Numbered from the stretch's first letter, positions 1 through 11,050 are shown. The stretch: DNA of 64,000 nucleotides from Candidatus Deferrimicrobiaceae bacterium (GCA_963792415.1 CAWBVY010000007.1:96001-160000); one strand, 5' to 3'. Notes: a model not told the origin generated them from the letters alone. A program made the numbers and translations.

Positions 1-1
1 G

Positions 2-211
2 AAGCTGGTCGACTACGGGGTGTCGCCCGCGGAGGCGATGGCGAAGGTCAAGGATATGAGCGCGCAGGACCTGCACCGGCTGGCGTCGCTGACCGACCGG
101 GCGGCGGCGGGGACCAGCGACGCCCTCGGGTTCCTGATCGGCCTGGCGATCCTCATCATCCTCATCATCGTGATCATGAAGCTCATGAACAAGGAAGTGA
201 TCATCCGCTGA
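2..211 (+). CDS. PA2779-family-like membrane protein, C-terminal part (5' truncated by window edge)
   Basis: Frame open from base 2 (KLVDYGVSPAEAMAKV...DLHRLAS...AAAG then a hydrophobic LIGLAILIILIIVI tail), typical of the PA2779-family C-terminus. Confidence 0.6.
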   Translation, partial: KLVDYGVSPAEAMAKVKDMSAQDLHRLASLTDRAAAGTSDALGFLIGLAILIILIIVIMKLMNKEVIIR

Positions 212-362
212 CGACGGCGCAGGCCGGTTTCGGACGGCAATTTTATTTTATGCTTGACATGACGGGGACCTCGCGCCGGATAATGTCAGGCTTGGAAGGA
301 ACCGGCACGCGGATCCATCGTTTTTCATGGATATCGCCCGGGAGAAAAAAAGGGGGAGGAGC

Positions 363-854
363 ATGTATACCAACATCCTGTTGCCGACGGACGGGCTGGG
401 GAAGTGCCAGTTCGGTACCTGTCACGGAATCCTGCTCGCCAAAGACCTCGGCGCCAAAGTGACGGCGGTTTGCGTCACGGAGAAACTTTCCGGTCAGGAA
501 ATCCTGAAGATCTACAATCCCGACATGCTGTTCGGGGCTACCGATGCGAAGAACGCGAAAGAGTCGATGAAGCGCGCCGAGGACCTGCACAAGGATTTTG
601 CGGAAAAGGCGCTCGACGTTGCGGAGAAGATGTGCGCGAACAACGGCGTGAAGTGCGACAAGGTGTATCTCACCGGGGAAAACCCCACGGACGGAATCCT
701 GAAGGTTGCGAAGGAAAAGAACTGCGACCTCATCTTCATATCGACCCACGGCAACCCGGGGTTGATGGGCACGCTGTTCGGGACCGTCGCGACGAAGATC
801 CTCTCGAGGTCGAAGACTCCCGTCCTCGTGCATCATTGCGGGGGACCCGGCTGA
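363..854 (+). CDS. Universal stress protein (UspA family)
   Basis: MYTNILLPTDG start; DLIFISTHG...GTLFGTVATKILSRSKTPVLV USP motif; GGAGGAG RBS. Confidence 0.9.
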   Translation: MYTNILLPTDGLGKCQFGTCHGILLAKDLGAKVTAVCVTEKLSGQEILKIYNPDMLFGATDAKNAKESMKRAEDLHKDFAEKALDVAEKMCANNGVKCDKVYLTGENPTDGILKVAKEKNCDLIFISTHGNPGLMGTLFGTVATKILSRSKTPVLVHHCGGPG

Positions 855-1032
855 GCGTTCGGTAGGCGTTTTCCGCGGGACCCGGACGCCGCGGGGAGGG
901 CGATTCGCGGGATATCGTGACCCGTGGCGGGGAGACGTATCCCCGTCACGGGTCATGTCCCTTCCGGAGCCTTTCCCCCGGGCTCCGGGCCGTCGTGTCC
1001 CTTCCCCGGAAAACGTTTTCAAAGGAGGCCGC

Positions 1033-2823
1033 ATGACCACCGGTGAACCCAGGGACATGCTCGCCATCCTCGCCGGTCCCGGACCGGAGGTGTTCACCAC
1101 CCGCCCCGTCATCATGGGCACCCACGGCATGGTCACTTCCGGACATTACCTCGCCAGCAGGATCGGTCTTCACATCCTCGAGGAGGGAGGGAACGCGGTC
1201 GATGCCGGGGTGGCGATGGGATTCGCCCTGGCCGTGCTGGAGCCGTACATCTACGGCATCGGCGGCGAAGTGCCCATCCTCGTCTACCTCTCGGACGAGA
1301 AACGGGTCGTGAGCCTCTCCGGCCAGGGGCCGGCTCCCCAGAGGGCGACCATCGAGTGGTTCGGAAAGAACGGGATCGACGCCATTCCCGGCGACGGGCT
1401 GCTGGCCGCCGTCGTCCCCGACGCCGTCTCGACCTGGATCTCCGCGCTGTCGCGCTTCGGAAGCATGACCCTCTCCCAGGTCCTTTCCCCCTCCGTGGAG
1501 CTCGCGGGGCGGGGCTTCCCCATGTACGAGAGGCTCCGGTCCGCACTCGAGAGGAGTTCTCCGCAATTCCTGGAGATGTGGCCCTCCTCGGCGCACGCCT
1601 ATCTTCCCGGCGGCCGGATTCCGGCCGTGGGCGAAATCTATGTGCAGCGCGACCTTGCGGGATTCTTTACCATGCTCATCGACGCGGAATACCGGGAAAG
1701 GGGAAGGGGGCGCAGGGGTGCGCTGGCAGCGGCCCACGACGCGTTCTACAAGGGGGAAATAGGGGAACGGATCGTGAAATTCGTTCAGGAGCGCCGCCTC
1801 CCCGATTCGACGGGGAAGAGAAACGGCGGGCTGATCACGAAGGAAGACCTGCAGCGCTACGCGGCCCGGGTCGAGGAACCCGTGACGGCGAACTACCGGG
1901 GGTACGACGTCTTCAAGTGCGGCCCCTGGTCCCAGGGGCCGGTCTTTCTCCAGCAGATCAACCTGCTGGAAGGGTACGACCTGGCGGCGATGAAGCACAA
2001 CTCCCCGGAGTACATCCACCTCCTGATCGAGGTCGCCAAACTCGCGTTCGCGGACCGGGAAACCTGGTACGGCGACCCGGACTTCGCCGAAGTGCCCCTC
2101 GACGTTCTTCTGTCCAAGGAATACGCCGCGGCGCGCCGGAAGCTCATCGACCCGGGCACCGCTTCCATGGAGCTGCGCCCCGGCAATGCGCGCGCGTACA
2201 GGCCCCTGGAGAGGCACGGCGGCTCGGACATCCACAAGGGCGACACCACGCATCTGGACGCCATGGACCGGTGGGGGAACATGCTGTCCGCGACCCCCTC
2301 CGGCGGCTGGTTCCGCAGTTCGCCGGTCATCGAGGGGTTGGGCTTCCCCCTCGGAACCCGCCTGCAGATGTTCTCCCTGGATCCCGGCCACCCCAATGGC
2401 CTCCGGCCGGGGAAGCGTCCCCGCACGACCCTGACCCCCTCCCTGGCGCTGAAGGACGGCAGGCCGTACATGGCGTTCGGCACTCCGGGCGCGGACCAGC
2501 AGGACCAGTGGTCGCTCCAGTTCTTCCTGAACTGCGTGGACTTCGGCATGAACCTGCAGGTCGCGGTCGACGCCCCCACCTTCCACACGGGCCATTTCCC
2601 GTCTTCCTTCCACCCGCACGGCGCGGAGCCCGGGGCGCTTTACCTGGAGGGCCGCATCCCGGGGGAGACGATCGCATCCCTCCGGGAAAAGGGGCACGGG
2701 GTGCGGGTGGGGGGGGATTGGAGCCACGGCCGGGTTCTCGGCATCCGATTCGATGCCGGCAGCGGCACGATCTCCGGCGCGGCGACGGCACGGATGGAGA
2801 CCGGGTACGCCATGGGTTGGTAA
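1033..2823 (+). CDS. Gamma-glutamyltransferase-family Ntn hydrolase
   Basis: GGNAVDAGVA, EPY..GIGGE, autoprocessing GDTTH (Thr nucleophile), PGKRPRTTLTP, FGTPGADQQDQ; AAGGAGG RBS before ATG 1033. Confidence 0.9.
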   Translation: MTTGEPRDMLAILAGPGPEVFTTRPVIMGTHGMVTSGHYLASRIGLHILEEGGNAVDAGVAMGFALAVLEPYIYGIGGEVPILVYLSDEKRVVSLSGQGPAPQRATIEWFGKNGIDAIPGDGLLAAVVPDAVSTWISALSRFGSMTLSQVLSPSVELAGRGFPMYERLRSALERSSPQFLEMWPSSAHAYLPGGRIPAVGEIYVQRDLAGFFTMLIDAEYRERGRGRRGALAAAHDAFYKGEIGERIVKFVQERRLPDSTGKRNGGLITKEDLQRYAARVEEPVTANYRGYDVFKCGPWSQGPVFLQQINLLEGYDLAAMKHNSPEYIHLLIEVAKLAFADRETWYGDPDFAEVPLDVLLSKEYAAARRKLIDPGTASMELRPGNARAYRPLERHGGSDIHKGDTTHLDAMDRWGNMLSATPSGGWFRSSPVIEGLGFPLGTRLQMFSLDPGHPNGLRPGKRPRTTLTPSLALKDGRPYMAFGTPGADQQDQWSLQFFLNCVDFGMNLQVAVDAPTFHTGHFPSSFHPHGAEPGALYLEGRIPGETIASLREKGHGVRVGGDWSHGRVLGIRFDAGSGTISGAATARMETGYAMGW

Positions 2824-2854
2824 TTCCAGCGGTTTTTCCTGTCCATTTTTCTCC

Positions 2855-2899
2855 TTGACAGCAGCCCCCCCTCTGGCTATCCTGCATTGGTCTGACAAT
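2855..2899 (+). promoter_or_regulatory. sigma70 promoter with downstream FadR/GntR-type operator
   Basis: TTGACA (2855-2860), 17 bp, TATCCT (2878-2883), then TGGTCTGACAA (2888-2898) matching the FadR-subfamily TkGTCnGACmA palindrome. Confidence 0.65.
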
Positions 2900-2960
2900 C
2901 AGTCTGTATACAGTATTCGGTCGGGCCACCATACCTGTGCGTTAAACACAACGGAGAGGC

Positions 2961-5129
2961 ATGAAGACACCGGTCGTACGGTCAGAGGATCTCTCGCTTC
3001 GCGTCGCGAAGGCCTTCATCGAGGATGAGGGGAAGGGCCTCGCCCGCGTGGATGCCGATCAGCTGAAGGCCCTGGGGGCGGTGCCCGGCGACTGCCTGCT
3101 GATCACCGGCCGCCGGTCCACGGTGGCCCGCGCCGGCCATCTCACCCAGCATTACGAAGGCAAGGGCCTGGTGCAGATCGACAGCGTCACCCGGGACAAC
3201 GCGCAGATCTCCGTGGACGAGACCTGCACCGTCCAGAAGGTCCCCTCCAAGCTGGCCGACAGCATCATTCTCTCCCCCGTCGACGTGCGAAGCCAGCCCC
3301 CGAAGGAACAGGAAATCCCCCACATCCTCCAGCTGCTGTCCGGGCTCCACGTGGTGATCGGCGACCGCGTGCAGATCGTCCTGTTCGGAACCCGTCCGCA
3401 ATTCTTCATGGTGGAGGGGGCAAGCCCGCGGGGGGCCCTCCGGATCACCGCCCACACGGCCATCACCTTCCGGAGCGCCGATTTTGCAAGCGAAAAGGCC
3501 TTCAGGACCTCCTACGAGGACATCGGCGGCCTGGATAAAGAGTTGGGCCACATCCGGGAGATGATCGAGCTTCCCCTGAAATTCCCCGATCTGTTCACCG
3601 AGCTCGGCATCGATCCGCCCAAGGGGGTTCTCCTCTCCGGGCCGCCGGGAACGGGAAAGACCCTCATCGCGCGTGCCATATCGAACGAGGTGCGGGCCCA
3701 TTTCATCCACGTCAACGGACCCGAGCTCATCCACAAGTTCTACGGGGAGAGCGAGGCCAAGCTTCGTCAGGTCTTCGACGAGGCCCGGAAGAACTCCCCC
3801 AGCATCATCTTCTTCGACGAGATGGACGCCCTCGCCCCGAAACGGGCCAACGTCGTCGGAGACGTGGAAAAGCGCGTCGTGGCGCAGCTCCTGGCGCTGA
3901 TGGACGGCCTCGTCTCCCGCGGGGAGGTCGTGATCATCGGCGCCACGAACATGCCGGAACTCGTCGACCCGGCCCTGCGCCGCCCGGGGCGTTTCGACCG
4001 CGAAATCACGATCGGCGTGCCGAAGCGGGCCGACCGCCTCCAGATCCTCAAGATCCATTCCCGCAAGATGCCGCTCGCGGAGGATGTCGACCTGAAGCAT
4101 CTGGCCGAGATCACCCACGGATACGTCGGCGCGGACATTGCCGCTCTGTGCACCGAGGCGGGCATGGCGACGCTTCGGCGCATCCTCCCCTCGGTCAAGT
4201 TCCAGGTGGATGCCAAGCCCGTCCTGGAGGAAGGGTCGAAGATCCAGGTCACCGCCGGGGATTTCGTGTCCGCCTTCAAGGCGGTCGAGCCCACCTCGAC
4301 GCGGGAGTTCATGAGCGAGCGGCCGAACATCTCCTTCAAGGACGTCGGGGGGCTGCGCGGGATCAAGGAGAACCTCCTTTCCCTGATGCGGCTTCCCCTC
4401 CAAGGTTTTCCCCTCTTCGTCAATTCCCGCCTGAGCCCCCCAAGGGGCGTCCTCTTCTCGGGTCCCTCCGGAACGGGGAAAACCTTGATGGCCAAGGCGC
4501 TCGCGGGGGAGATGGGGATGACCCTCTTCATCGTCGACCCTCCAACCCTCCTTTCGAAGTGGGTCGGGGAGTCGGAAAAGGGGCTGAGGGAGGTCTTCAA
4601 GCGGGCGAAGCAGGCCTCTCCCTGCATCCTGTTCTTCGACGAGATCGAAGCCATGGCGCCGGCGCGGACCGCGGAAGATTCCGGCCAGGTCTCCCAGCGG
4701 ATCGTCAGCCAGCTGTTCCGGGAGCTCGACGGGCTGCCGAGTTCGCTGGGGATCGCGGTCGTCGCCGCGACGAACCGGATCGACCTGATGGAGCCGGCGC
4801 TGCTCCGGGCGGGACGCTTCGATTCCATCATCGAATTCCCCCTCCCCGGAAAGGAGGAGAGGGGCGAGATCCTGGAGTTGTACATGCAATCGCTGCCGTT
4901 CCGGACCGAGGTCGACATCGAGCTCCTCGCCGGCATGAGCGAGGGATGGACCGGGGCCGAACTCGAGGCCCTCTGCAAGAAGGCGGTCGTCGTGGTTCTG
5001 GAAGAGAGCCTCGCAAGGGGGGAGAAACTCGATTACATGCTCCTCAAGATCACGACGAAGCATTTCGACCAGGCGATCGAAAGGAACGGGACCTCTTCGG
5101 CGATCCGACCCCGCGCAATGAAGCATTGA
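2961..5129 (+). CDS. CDC48/VAT/p97-type AAA+ ATPase (N-domain plus two AAA modules)
   Basis: N-terminal double-psi-barrel-like region; YEDIGGL, GPPGTGKT, FFDEMD, ALRRPGRFDRE; second module GPSGTGKT, FFDEIE, LRAGRFD. Confidence 0.9.
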   Translation: MKTPVVRSEDLSLRVAKAFIEDEGKGLARVDADQLKALGAVPGDCLLITGRRSTVARAGHLTQHYEGKGLVQIDSVTRDNAQISVDETCTVQKVPSKLADSIILSPVDVRSQPPKEQEIPHILQLLSGLHVVIGDRVQIVLFGTRPQFFMVEGASPRGALRITAHTAITFRSADFASEKAFRTSYEDIGGLDKELGHIREMIELPLKFPDLFTELGIDPPKGVLLSGPPGTGKTLIARAISNEVRAHFIHVNGPELIHKFYGESEAKLRQVFDEARKNSPSIIFFDEMDALAPKRANVVGDVEKRVVAQLLALMDGLVSRGEVVIIGATNMPELVDPALRRPGRFDREITIGVPKRADRLQILKIHSRKMPLAEDVDLKHLAEITHGYVGADIAALCTEAGMATLRRILPSVKFQVDAKPVLEEGSKIQVTAGDFVSAFKAVEPTSTREFMSERPNISFKDVGGLRGIKENLLSLMRLPLQGFPLFVNSRLSPPRGVLFSGPSGTGKTLMAKALAGEMGMTLFIVDPPTLLSKWVGESEKGLREVFKRAKQASPCILFFDEIEAMAPARTAEDSGQVSQRIVSQLFRELDGLPSSLGIAVVAATNRIDLMEPALLRAGRFDSIIEFPLPGKEERGEILELYMQSLPFRTEVDIELLAGMSEGWTGAELEALCKKAVVVVLEESLARGEKLDYMLLKITTKHFDQAIERNGTSSAIRPRAMKH

Positions 5130-5156
5130 TCGCGTTTCTCGATTGAAGGAGCGGAA

Positions 5157-5915
5157 GTGAAGCATAAGTCGCAGATGTTCAAGCCGATCAAGAAGGCGAA
5201 GGTATACGAGGAGATTGTGACCAAGATCAAGGACATGGTCGAAAAAGGCCGGTTCAAGTCGGGAGACCAGCTTCCGGTGGAGCGGGAGCTGGCCGAGGTC
5301 TTCCGGGTGAGCCGATCCTCCGTCCGGGAAGCTCTCCGCTCCCTGGAGACCCAGGGATTCATCGAGAGCCGCCAGGGAGACGGGACGTACATCGCGAGCC
5401 AGCCCGTCGAGTCCCTGGTCCGCCCCCTTGCCTCCGTCATCCTCACGGAGAAGGACGATCAGATGGAGCTATTCGAAATGCGCCGGATGATCGAGCCGGA
5501 TCTCGCCTATCTCGCGGCGGAACGGGCCACCGAGGAAGAGATCGCCATGATGGAGAAGGTCCTCGCCCTTCAGGAAGAACAGATCGCCCGGGGAGAATTC
5601 GGGACGGACGTGGACAGGAATTTCCATTACATCATGGTGAGGGCGGCGAAAAACAAGGCCATCCTGCGCATCACCGACAACATCATCGACCTGCTCGCGG
5701 AGAGCCGCGAGCAGTACCTCCAGGTGGATGGAAGACCCCAGAAATCCATTTTACGCCACAGGGAAGTGCTCGATGCGATCCGTGCCAGGGATCCTGAGCG
5801 GGCCGAGAAATGCATGCTCGAGCACTTGGTGGATATCGAGACCAGTCTTTTCGGGACATCCGGGAGACGGAGGTCGAAGAGGGAATCGTCACCAGACTCT
5901 AACGAAAGGAGGTGA
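5157..5915 (+). CDS. FadR/GntR-family transcriptional regulator
   Basis: wHTH GDQLPVERELAEVFRVSRSSVREAL...QGDGTY plus FCD effector domain. Confidence 0.9.
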   Translation: MKHKSQMFKPIKKAKVYEEIVTKIKDMVEKGRFKSGDQLPVERELAEVFRVSRSSVREALRSLETQGFIESRQGDGTYIASQPVESLVRPLASVILTEKDDQMELFEMRRMIEPDLAYLAAERATEEEIAMMEKVLALQEEQIARGEFGTDVDRNFHYIMVRAAKNKAILRITDNIIDLLAESREQYLQVDGRPQKSILRHREVLDAIRARDPERAEKCMLEHLVDIETSLFGTSGRRRSKRESSPDSNERR

Positions 5916-5978
5916 ACCGGAGTTCGCCGGGCAGTTCGTATCGATTCGTATCGTAGACAAAAGAAGGAGGAAAGCACA

Positions 5979-6593
5979 ATGGCAGATGTATTTGAAGTAA
6001 CGATCTGGGCCCGCGGTGTGACCCAGGACATGGAAGGAAGGCACCTGTCGCTCGTGATCGCAAACGCGGCATCGAAAGGCGGCAAGCACACCCAGGCCTG
6101 GGACAACTACGCGGACCTTCCGGACCGCGTCCAGGTTCCGCTGCGCAAGTACGCCCGCATCAGCGACGAAGAGATCGAAATGCGCTACGTGTACGAGAAC
6201 AACAACCCGGAGCTCGTCTTCGTCATGGACGACACGATCATCAAGGGGATCGACATCCTTCGCGGGATGAAGAAGGGCGGAACGCTGGTCGTCAACAGCA
6301 AGCGGTCGGCCGATGAACTCCTCGCGCTGATCCCCAACAAGGACCTGTTGAAGGCCTTCGTCACCGTGGACGCCACCGGGATCATCGGCGGCAGCGGTCT
6401 CGACAGCGTCGACTTCATGGGTTCGGAAGGCGGCACGGAAGCCGTCTCCGTGGCCGTCGGCATGGCCGCACCGTTGATCGGCGCGGCGACCAAGGTCTGC
6501 GACAAGTTCACCCTGGCAAACGCCGTCGAATGCGCCGGGAACAAGGGCGCCGTGAAAGAAGGGGCCAAGACCGCCGTAGTGAAATCCTTATAA
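5979..6593 (+). CDS. Oxalate oxidoreductase gamma-type subunit (N-terminal part of the Moorella OOR delta subunit)
   Basis: VTIWARGV...QAWDNYADLPDRVQVPLRKYARIS...YVYEN closely resembles OOR delta; 2-oxoacid:ferredoxin oxidoreductase gamma fold. Confidence 0.8.
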   Translation: MADVFEVTIWARGVTQDMEGRHLSLVIANAASKGGKHTQAWDNYADLPDRVQVPLRKYARISDEEIEMRYVYENNNPELVFVMDDTIIKGIDILRGMKKGGTLVVNSKRSADELLALIPNKDLLKAFVTVDATGIIGGSGLDSVDFMGSEGGTEAVSVAVGMAAPLIGAATKVCDKFTLANAVECAGNKGAVKEGAKTAVVKSL

Positions 6594-6616
6594 GGCAAAG
6601 GAAGGAGAAGAAAAAA

Positions 6617-6964
6617 ATGAGTCCAATGTACTGTGAAAAGTTCCGGATCCCCAAGCACCTCGAAATCGCCGACGGCGCGGTGGTCCCGGCCCCCGTGGGC
6701 GAGCAGCCGATGATGAAGACCGGGAACTGGCGGACCGAGCGTCCGGTCATCGACCATGAAAAGTGCACGGCCTGCCTGAACTGCTTCGCCTTCTGCCCGG
6801 ACTCCAGCTGGCACTTCGACGAGAAGTCCGAAAAGATGGTCTGGAACCCGATCTACTGCAAGGGTTGCAGGATGTGTGTCGAGGTTTGCCCGGTGGATGC
6901 GCTCCGGCTCGAGAACGAACTGAATTTCAAAGGCGGCGTCGCCCGTCTTGACAAGCCTTACTAG
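6617..6964 (+). CDS. Oxalate oxidoreductase 2x[4Fe-4S] ferredoxin subunit
   Basis: KTGNWRTERPVID, CTACLNCFAFCPD, CKGCRMCVEVCP; own RBS (GAAGGAG). Confidence 0.85.
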   Translation: MSPMYCEKFRIPKHLEIADGAVVPAPVGEQPMMKTGNWRTERPVIDHEKCTACLNCFAFCPDSSWHFDEKSEKMVWNPIYCKGCRMCVEVCPVDALRLENELNFKGGVARLDKPY

Positions 6965-6984
6965 ATTCCAAGGAGGAGAAACAC

Positions 6985-8178
6985 ATGCCGAGAGAAACTG
7001 TAATGGCGGGTTGTTCCGCCGCTGCGAATGGCGCCAAGTTGGCAAGAGTAGAGGTCATCAGTTCGTACCCGATCCGCCCGTACACGGGCATCATGATGGA
7101 GCTTTCCAGGATGGTGGCCGACGGGGAGCTCGAAGCGGAATTCGTTCACGGTGAAGGCGAACACGCACAGGTCTCCATCGCCCAGGGCGCGTCCGCGTCC
7201 GGTGCGAGGGCGTACACGGGATCCTCGGGCGTCGGCGTCGCCTACGCGATGGAGGTCTACTCCCCCATCTCGGGCGGCCGCTATCCGGTCCAGATGGCCA
7301 TCGCCGATCGCGCGTACGATCCCCCCGGGGACTTCGGTTCCGAGCACACGGACGTCATGAGCTGCAACGACCAGGGATGGATCCTGGGCTGGGCCGAGAC
7401 GCCGCAGGAAATCCTCGACAACACCATCATGTATTACAAGATCGGCGAAGACCCGAAAGTCATGCTGCCGCAGTGGTCGGCGCAGGACGGCTACTTCGTC
7501 TCCCACATCCCCGGCAAGGTCAGCATTCCGGACCAGAAGGCGGTCGATGAATTCCTTCCGCCGTACAATTGCCCGCACGCACTGAATCCGAAGAACCCGA
7601 CGAACCACGGTCCCCAGATCTACCCGGACCAGGGCCCGGCGATCGACCTGCAGAGGGCGCAGGCGTTCCTGAACGTGCCGAAGGTCATCGAGAAGGTCGT
7701 TGCCGACTACAACAAGCAGTTCGGCCGCAACTATTCCCCGTTCCTCGAAGAGTACAAGACCGAGGGCGCCGACTACGTGTTCTTCCTCCAGGGCGGGCAT
7801 TGCCGTACCGCCCGGTTCGCGGTCGACCACCTCCGGAAGAAGGGAGCCAAGGTCGGAATGGTGAAGCTCCGCTTCGTCCGTCCCTGGCCGACCGAGAAGA
7901 TCGTCGAATCCCTTTCCAAGTTCAAGGCCGTCGGTGTCGTCGAGTCCAGCACCTCGTACGGCGGCTGCATGAAGGGCGGGAAGCTCATGGAAGAGGTCCG
8001 CGCCTCCCTGTACGATTCGCCGACCCGGCCCGCCGTCACGTCGTTCATGGCCGGCCTTGGCGGCGAAGTCATCACCCTCGAGGAGTTCTACAACATGGCG
8101 AAGATCCTCGACGGGGCCGCGAAGAAGGGGAAGGTCGATCAGTACGTCTACTGGGTCGGGTTCGACAACGGAATCTAG
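6985..8178 (+). CDS. oorA: Oxalate oxidoreductase alpha subunit
   Basis: SYPIRPYTGIM (Arg where PFOR has YPITP Thr), EFVHGEGEHAQ, MAIADRAYDPPGDFG. Confidence 0.85.
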   Translation: MPRETVMAGCSAAANGAKLARVEVISSYPIRPYTGIMMELSRMVADGELEAEFVHGEGEHAQVSIAQGASASGARAYTGSSGVGVAYAMEVYSPISGGRYPVQMAIADRAYDPPGDFGSEHTDVMSCNDQGWILGWAETPQEILDNTIMYYKIGEDPKVMLPQWSAQDGYFVSHIPGKVSIPDQKAVDEFLPPYNCPHALNPKNPTNHGPQIYPDQGPAIDLQRAQAFLNVPKVIEKVVADYNKQFGRNYSPFLEEYKTEGADYVFFLQGGHCRTARFAVDHLRKKGAKVGMVKLRFVRPWPTEKIVESLSKFKAVGVVESSTSYGGCMKGGKLMEEVRASLYDSPTRPAVTSFMAGLGGEVITLEEFYNMAKILDGAAKKGKVDQYVYWVGFDNGI

Positions 8179-8210
8179 TAAAAAACTGCTGAGAAGCATA
8201 CAAGGAGTGA

Positions 8211-9194
<984 letters not shown>

Positions 9195-9220
9195 GCGGCA
9201 GAGCAGCACGTCGGTGCGGT

Positions 9221-9260
9221 CGGGGAGGGGCACGGGAGTGCCTGTGCTCCTCCCCGGTTT
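9221..9260 (+). terminator. Intrinsic terminator-like hairpin after oorB
   Basis: CGGGGAGGGGCACGGG / CCTGTGCTCCTCCCCG followed by GTTT. Confidence 0.6.
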
Positions 9261-9452
9261 AAAAAAATATTGAGTGCCACGCATCAATAAAACGGTTATT
9301 CTCAAGAAGTAGGTCAAATCGGCGTCGGACGCGACTGCGTGAAAAAATGGCCAGGGGATAATCGAAAAGGAAGGAGGTGTCCGCGCAGGCGGAGTCGCTC
9401 TTATGCGACCCTAGATGCTGATTTGAAAAATATTGCACGGGAGGATTCATCC

Positions 9453-10445
9453 ATGGGGAAAAGGTATTCAGGTCTGAAGATCGGTCTGGTCGTCGCATGC
9501 TCTTTGGCGTTGGCGTTCACTTCCATCGGTACGGCAAACGCCTGGGTGCCTGACAGGCCGGTAGAGTTCATCGTTCCGGCGGGCGCCGGCGGCGGCGCGG
9601 ATGTCATGGCAAGGTTCATCTCCCCCCTCGTTTCCAAGTACAAACTGTCGCCGAAGCCTTGGGTCGTCATCAACAAGTCCGCAGGCGCCGGGGCGGAAGG
9701 CTTCATGTACGTGAAGGGCCAGAAGGGCAACGCGAACCTCATCATCATCACCCTCGACAACCTGTTCACGACCCCCCTGGCTACCGGGGTTCCCTTCAAC
9801 TGGAAGGACCTGACCCCGGCTTCCCGCCTGGCGCTCGACTACTTCTGCCTCTGGGTCAACAAGGCTGAGGGCTACAAGACCGCCACGGAGTATCTTGACG
9901 CCGTCAAGAAAGCGCCGGGCAAATTCGTCATGGGCGGCACCGGAGCGAAGCAGGAAGACCAGATCATCACCGTCCTGCTCGAGCAGGCCTTCGGACTGAA
10001 ATTCAATTACGTGCCGTTCAAGGGCGGCGGAACGGTGGCCGTCGAGCTCGTCGGCAAGCACATCAACTCGTCCGTCAACAACCCGGCCGAGGCGAGGAGC
10101 CACTGGAAGAACGGGACCCTGGTGCCGCTGGCGACGATCGATTCCGCGCGGATCGCCCTGCCGGACTGGGATCAGATCCCCACGATGAAAGAGGCCACCG
10201 GCAAGGACCTCAGCTACCTGATGCTGCGCGGCATCTTCCTGGCGCCCGGGGTGAAGCCGGAAGTCGTGGCTTACTACGTCGATACGTTGAAGAAGGTGAC
10301 GGAAACCCCGGAATGGAAGAAGTACATCGCCGACAACGGGCTGAAGGATGCCTACCTGACGGGGCCGGAATTCGTGAAATGGCTCGAGGATAAGGAATCC
10401 ACGACCAAGGACCTCATGGCGAAAGGCAACCTGTTGAAGAAGTAG
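9453..10445 (+). CDS. tctC: Tripartite tricarboxylate transporter substrate-binding protein (TctC/Bug)
   Basis: Signal peptide; PDRPVEFIVPAGAGGGADVMAR, VINKSAGAG, YVPFKGGG. Confidence 0.9.
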   Translation: MGKRYSGLKIGLVVACSLALAFTSIGTANAWVPDRPVEFIVPAGAGGGADVMARFISPLVSKYKLSPKPWVVINKSAGAGAEGFMYVKGQKGNANLIIITLDNLFTTPLATGVPFNWKDLTPASRLALDYFCLWVNKAEGYKTATEYLDAVKKAPGKFVMGGTGAKQEDQIITVLLEQAFGLKFNYVPFKGGGTVAVELVGKHINSSVNNPAEARSHWKNGTLVPLATIDSARIALPDWDQIPTMKEATGKDLSYLMLRGIFLAPGVKPEVVAYYVDTLKKVTETPEWKKYIADNGLKDAYLTGPEFVKWLEDKESTTKDLMAKGNLLKK

Positions 10446-10469
10446 CAAAGGATACGCAGTTCGCACCGG

Positions 10470-10504
10470 GAGGAAGCGGGGTTCACTCCCCGCTTCCTCT
10501 CTTT
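10470..10504 (+). terminator. Stem-loop between tctC and tctB (partial terminator or mRNA stabiliser)
   Basis: Perfect 12-bp stem GAGGAAGCGGGG / CCCCGCTTCCTC then TCTTT. Confidence 0.65.
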
Positions 10505-10542
10505 GTGCGGCATTTTCATATCGATTAGATTGGGGAGGAAAG

Positions 10543-11031
10543 ATGCGAAAGGCCAATCTTGGGGTGGCCATTTTCCTGTTTTTGATCGGCGCGATCGTCA
10601 TGTACGACGCGGTGCGCCTCGGATGGCACTATGACCCGGCGTCCGGTCCGGGAGCCGGCTTCCTGCCGTTTTATCTGTCCCTGGGCGTGCTCCTCTGCAC
10701 CAGCGTTTTCATCGTCAAGCAGGTCATGCAACTGTCGAAGATCGGGGTCGTGGGAGACACGCCGTTGATCCAGGAGGGGGGGCTGAAGCCGATCCTCTGG
10801 GTGCTGATTCCATCGACGGCCATGGTAGTCCTCATTCCCCTCATCGGGCTCCACTTCGCGGCCTGCATTTATCTCCTGTTCTACATGCGGGTGGTCGGAA
10901 AGATCGGATGGCTCGAGTGCATCCTGGTGAGCGTCCTGTTCCCTATCGGGTTGTACATCGTTTTCGACCGGCTGTTCCTGATTCCATTGCCGGACGGGAT
11001 GCTCGGAAATTATATCAAGCTTCCATTTTGA
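10543..11031 (+). CDS. tctB: Tripartite tricarboxylate transporter small membrane subunit TctB
   Basis: GPGAGFLPF motif, several TM helices, C-terminal IPLPDG. Confidence 0.85.
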   Translation: MRKANLGVAIFLFLIGAIVMYDAVRLGWHYDPASGPGAGFLPFYLSLGVLLCTSVFIVKQVMQLSKIGVVGDTPLIQEGGLKPILWVLIPSTAMVVLIPLIGLHFAACIYLLFYMRVVGKIGWLECILVSVLFPIGLYIVFDRLFLIPLPDGMLGNYIKLPF

Positions 11032-11050
11032 TATCGGAGGGAGATCAACC

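Noticed and set aside
6591-6619. Possible frameshift or sequencing error splitting the OOR delta subunit (A-run at 6611-6617)
   Set aside because: A clean TAA, a separate RBS and an ATG are present; separate gamma and delta subunits are common in this enzyme family.
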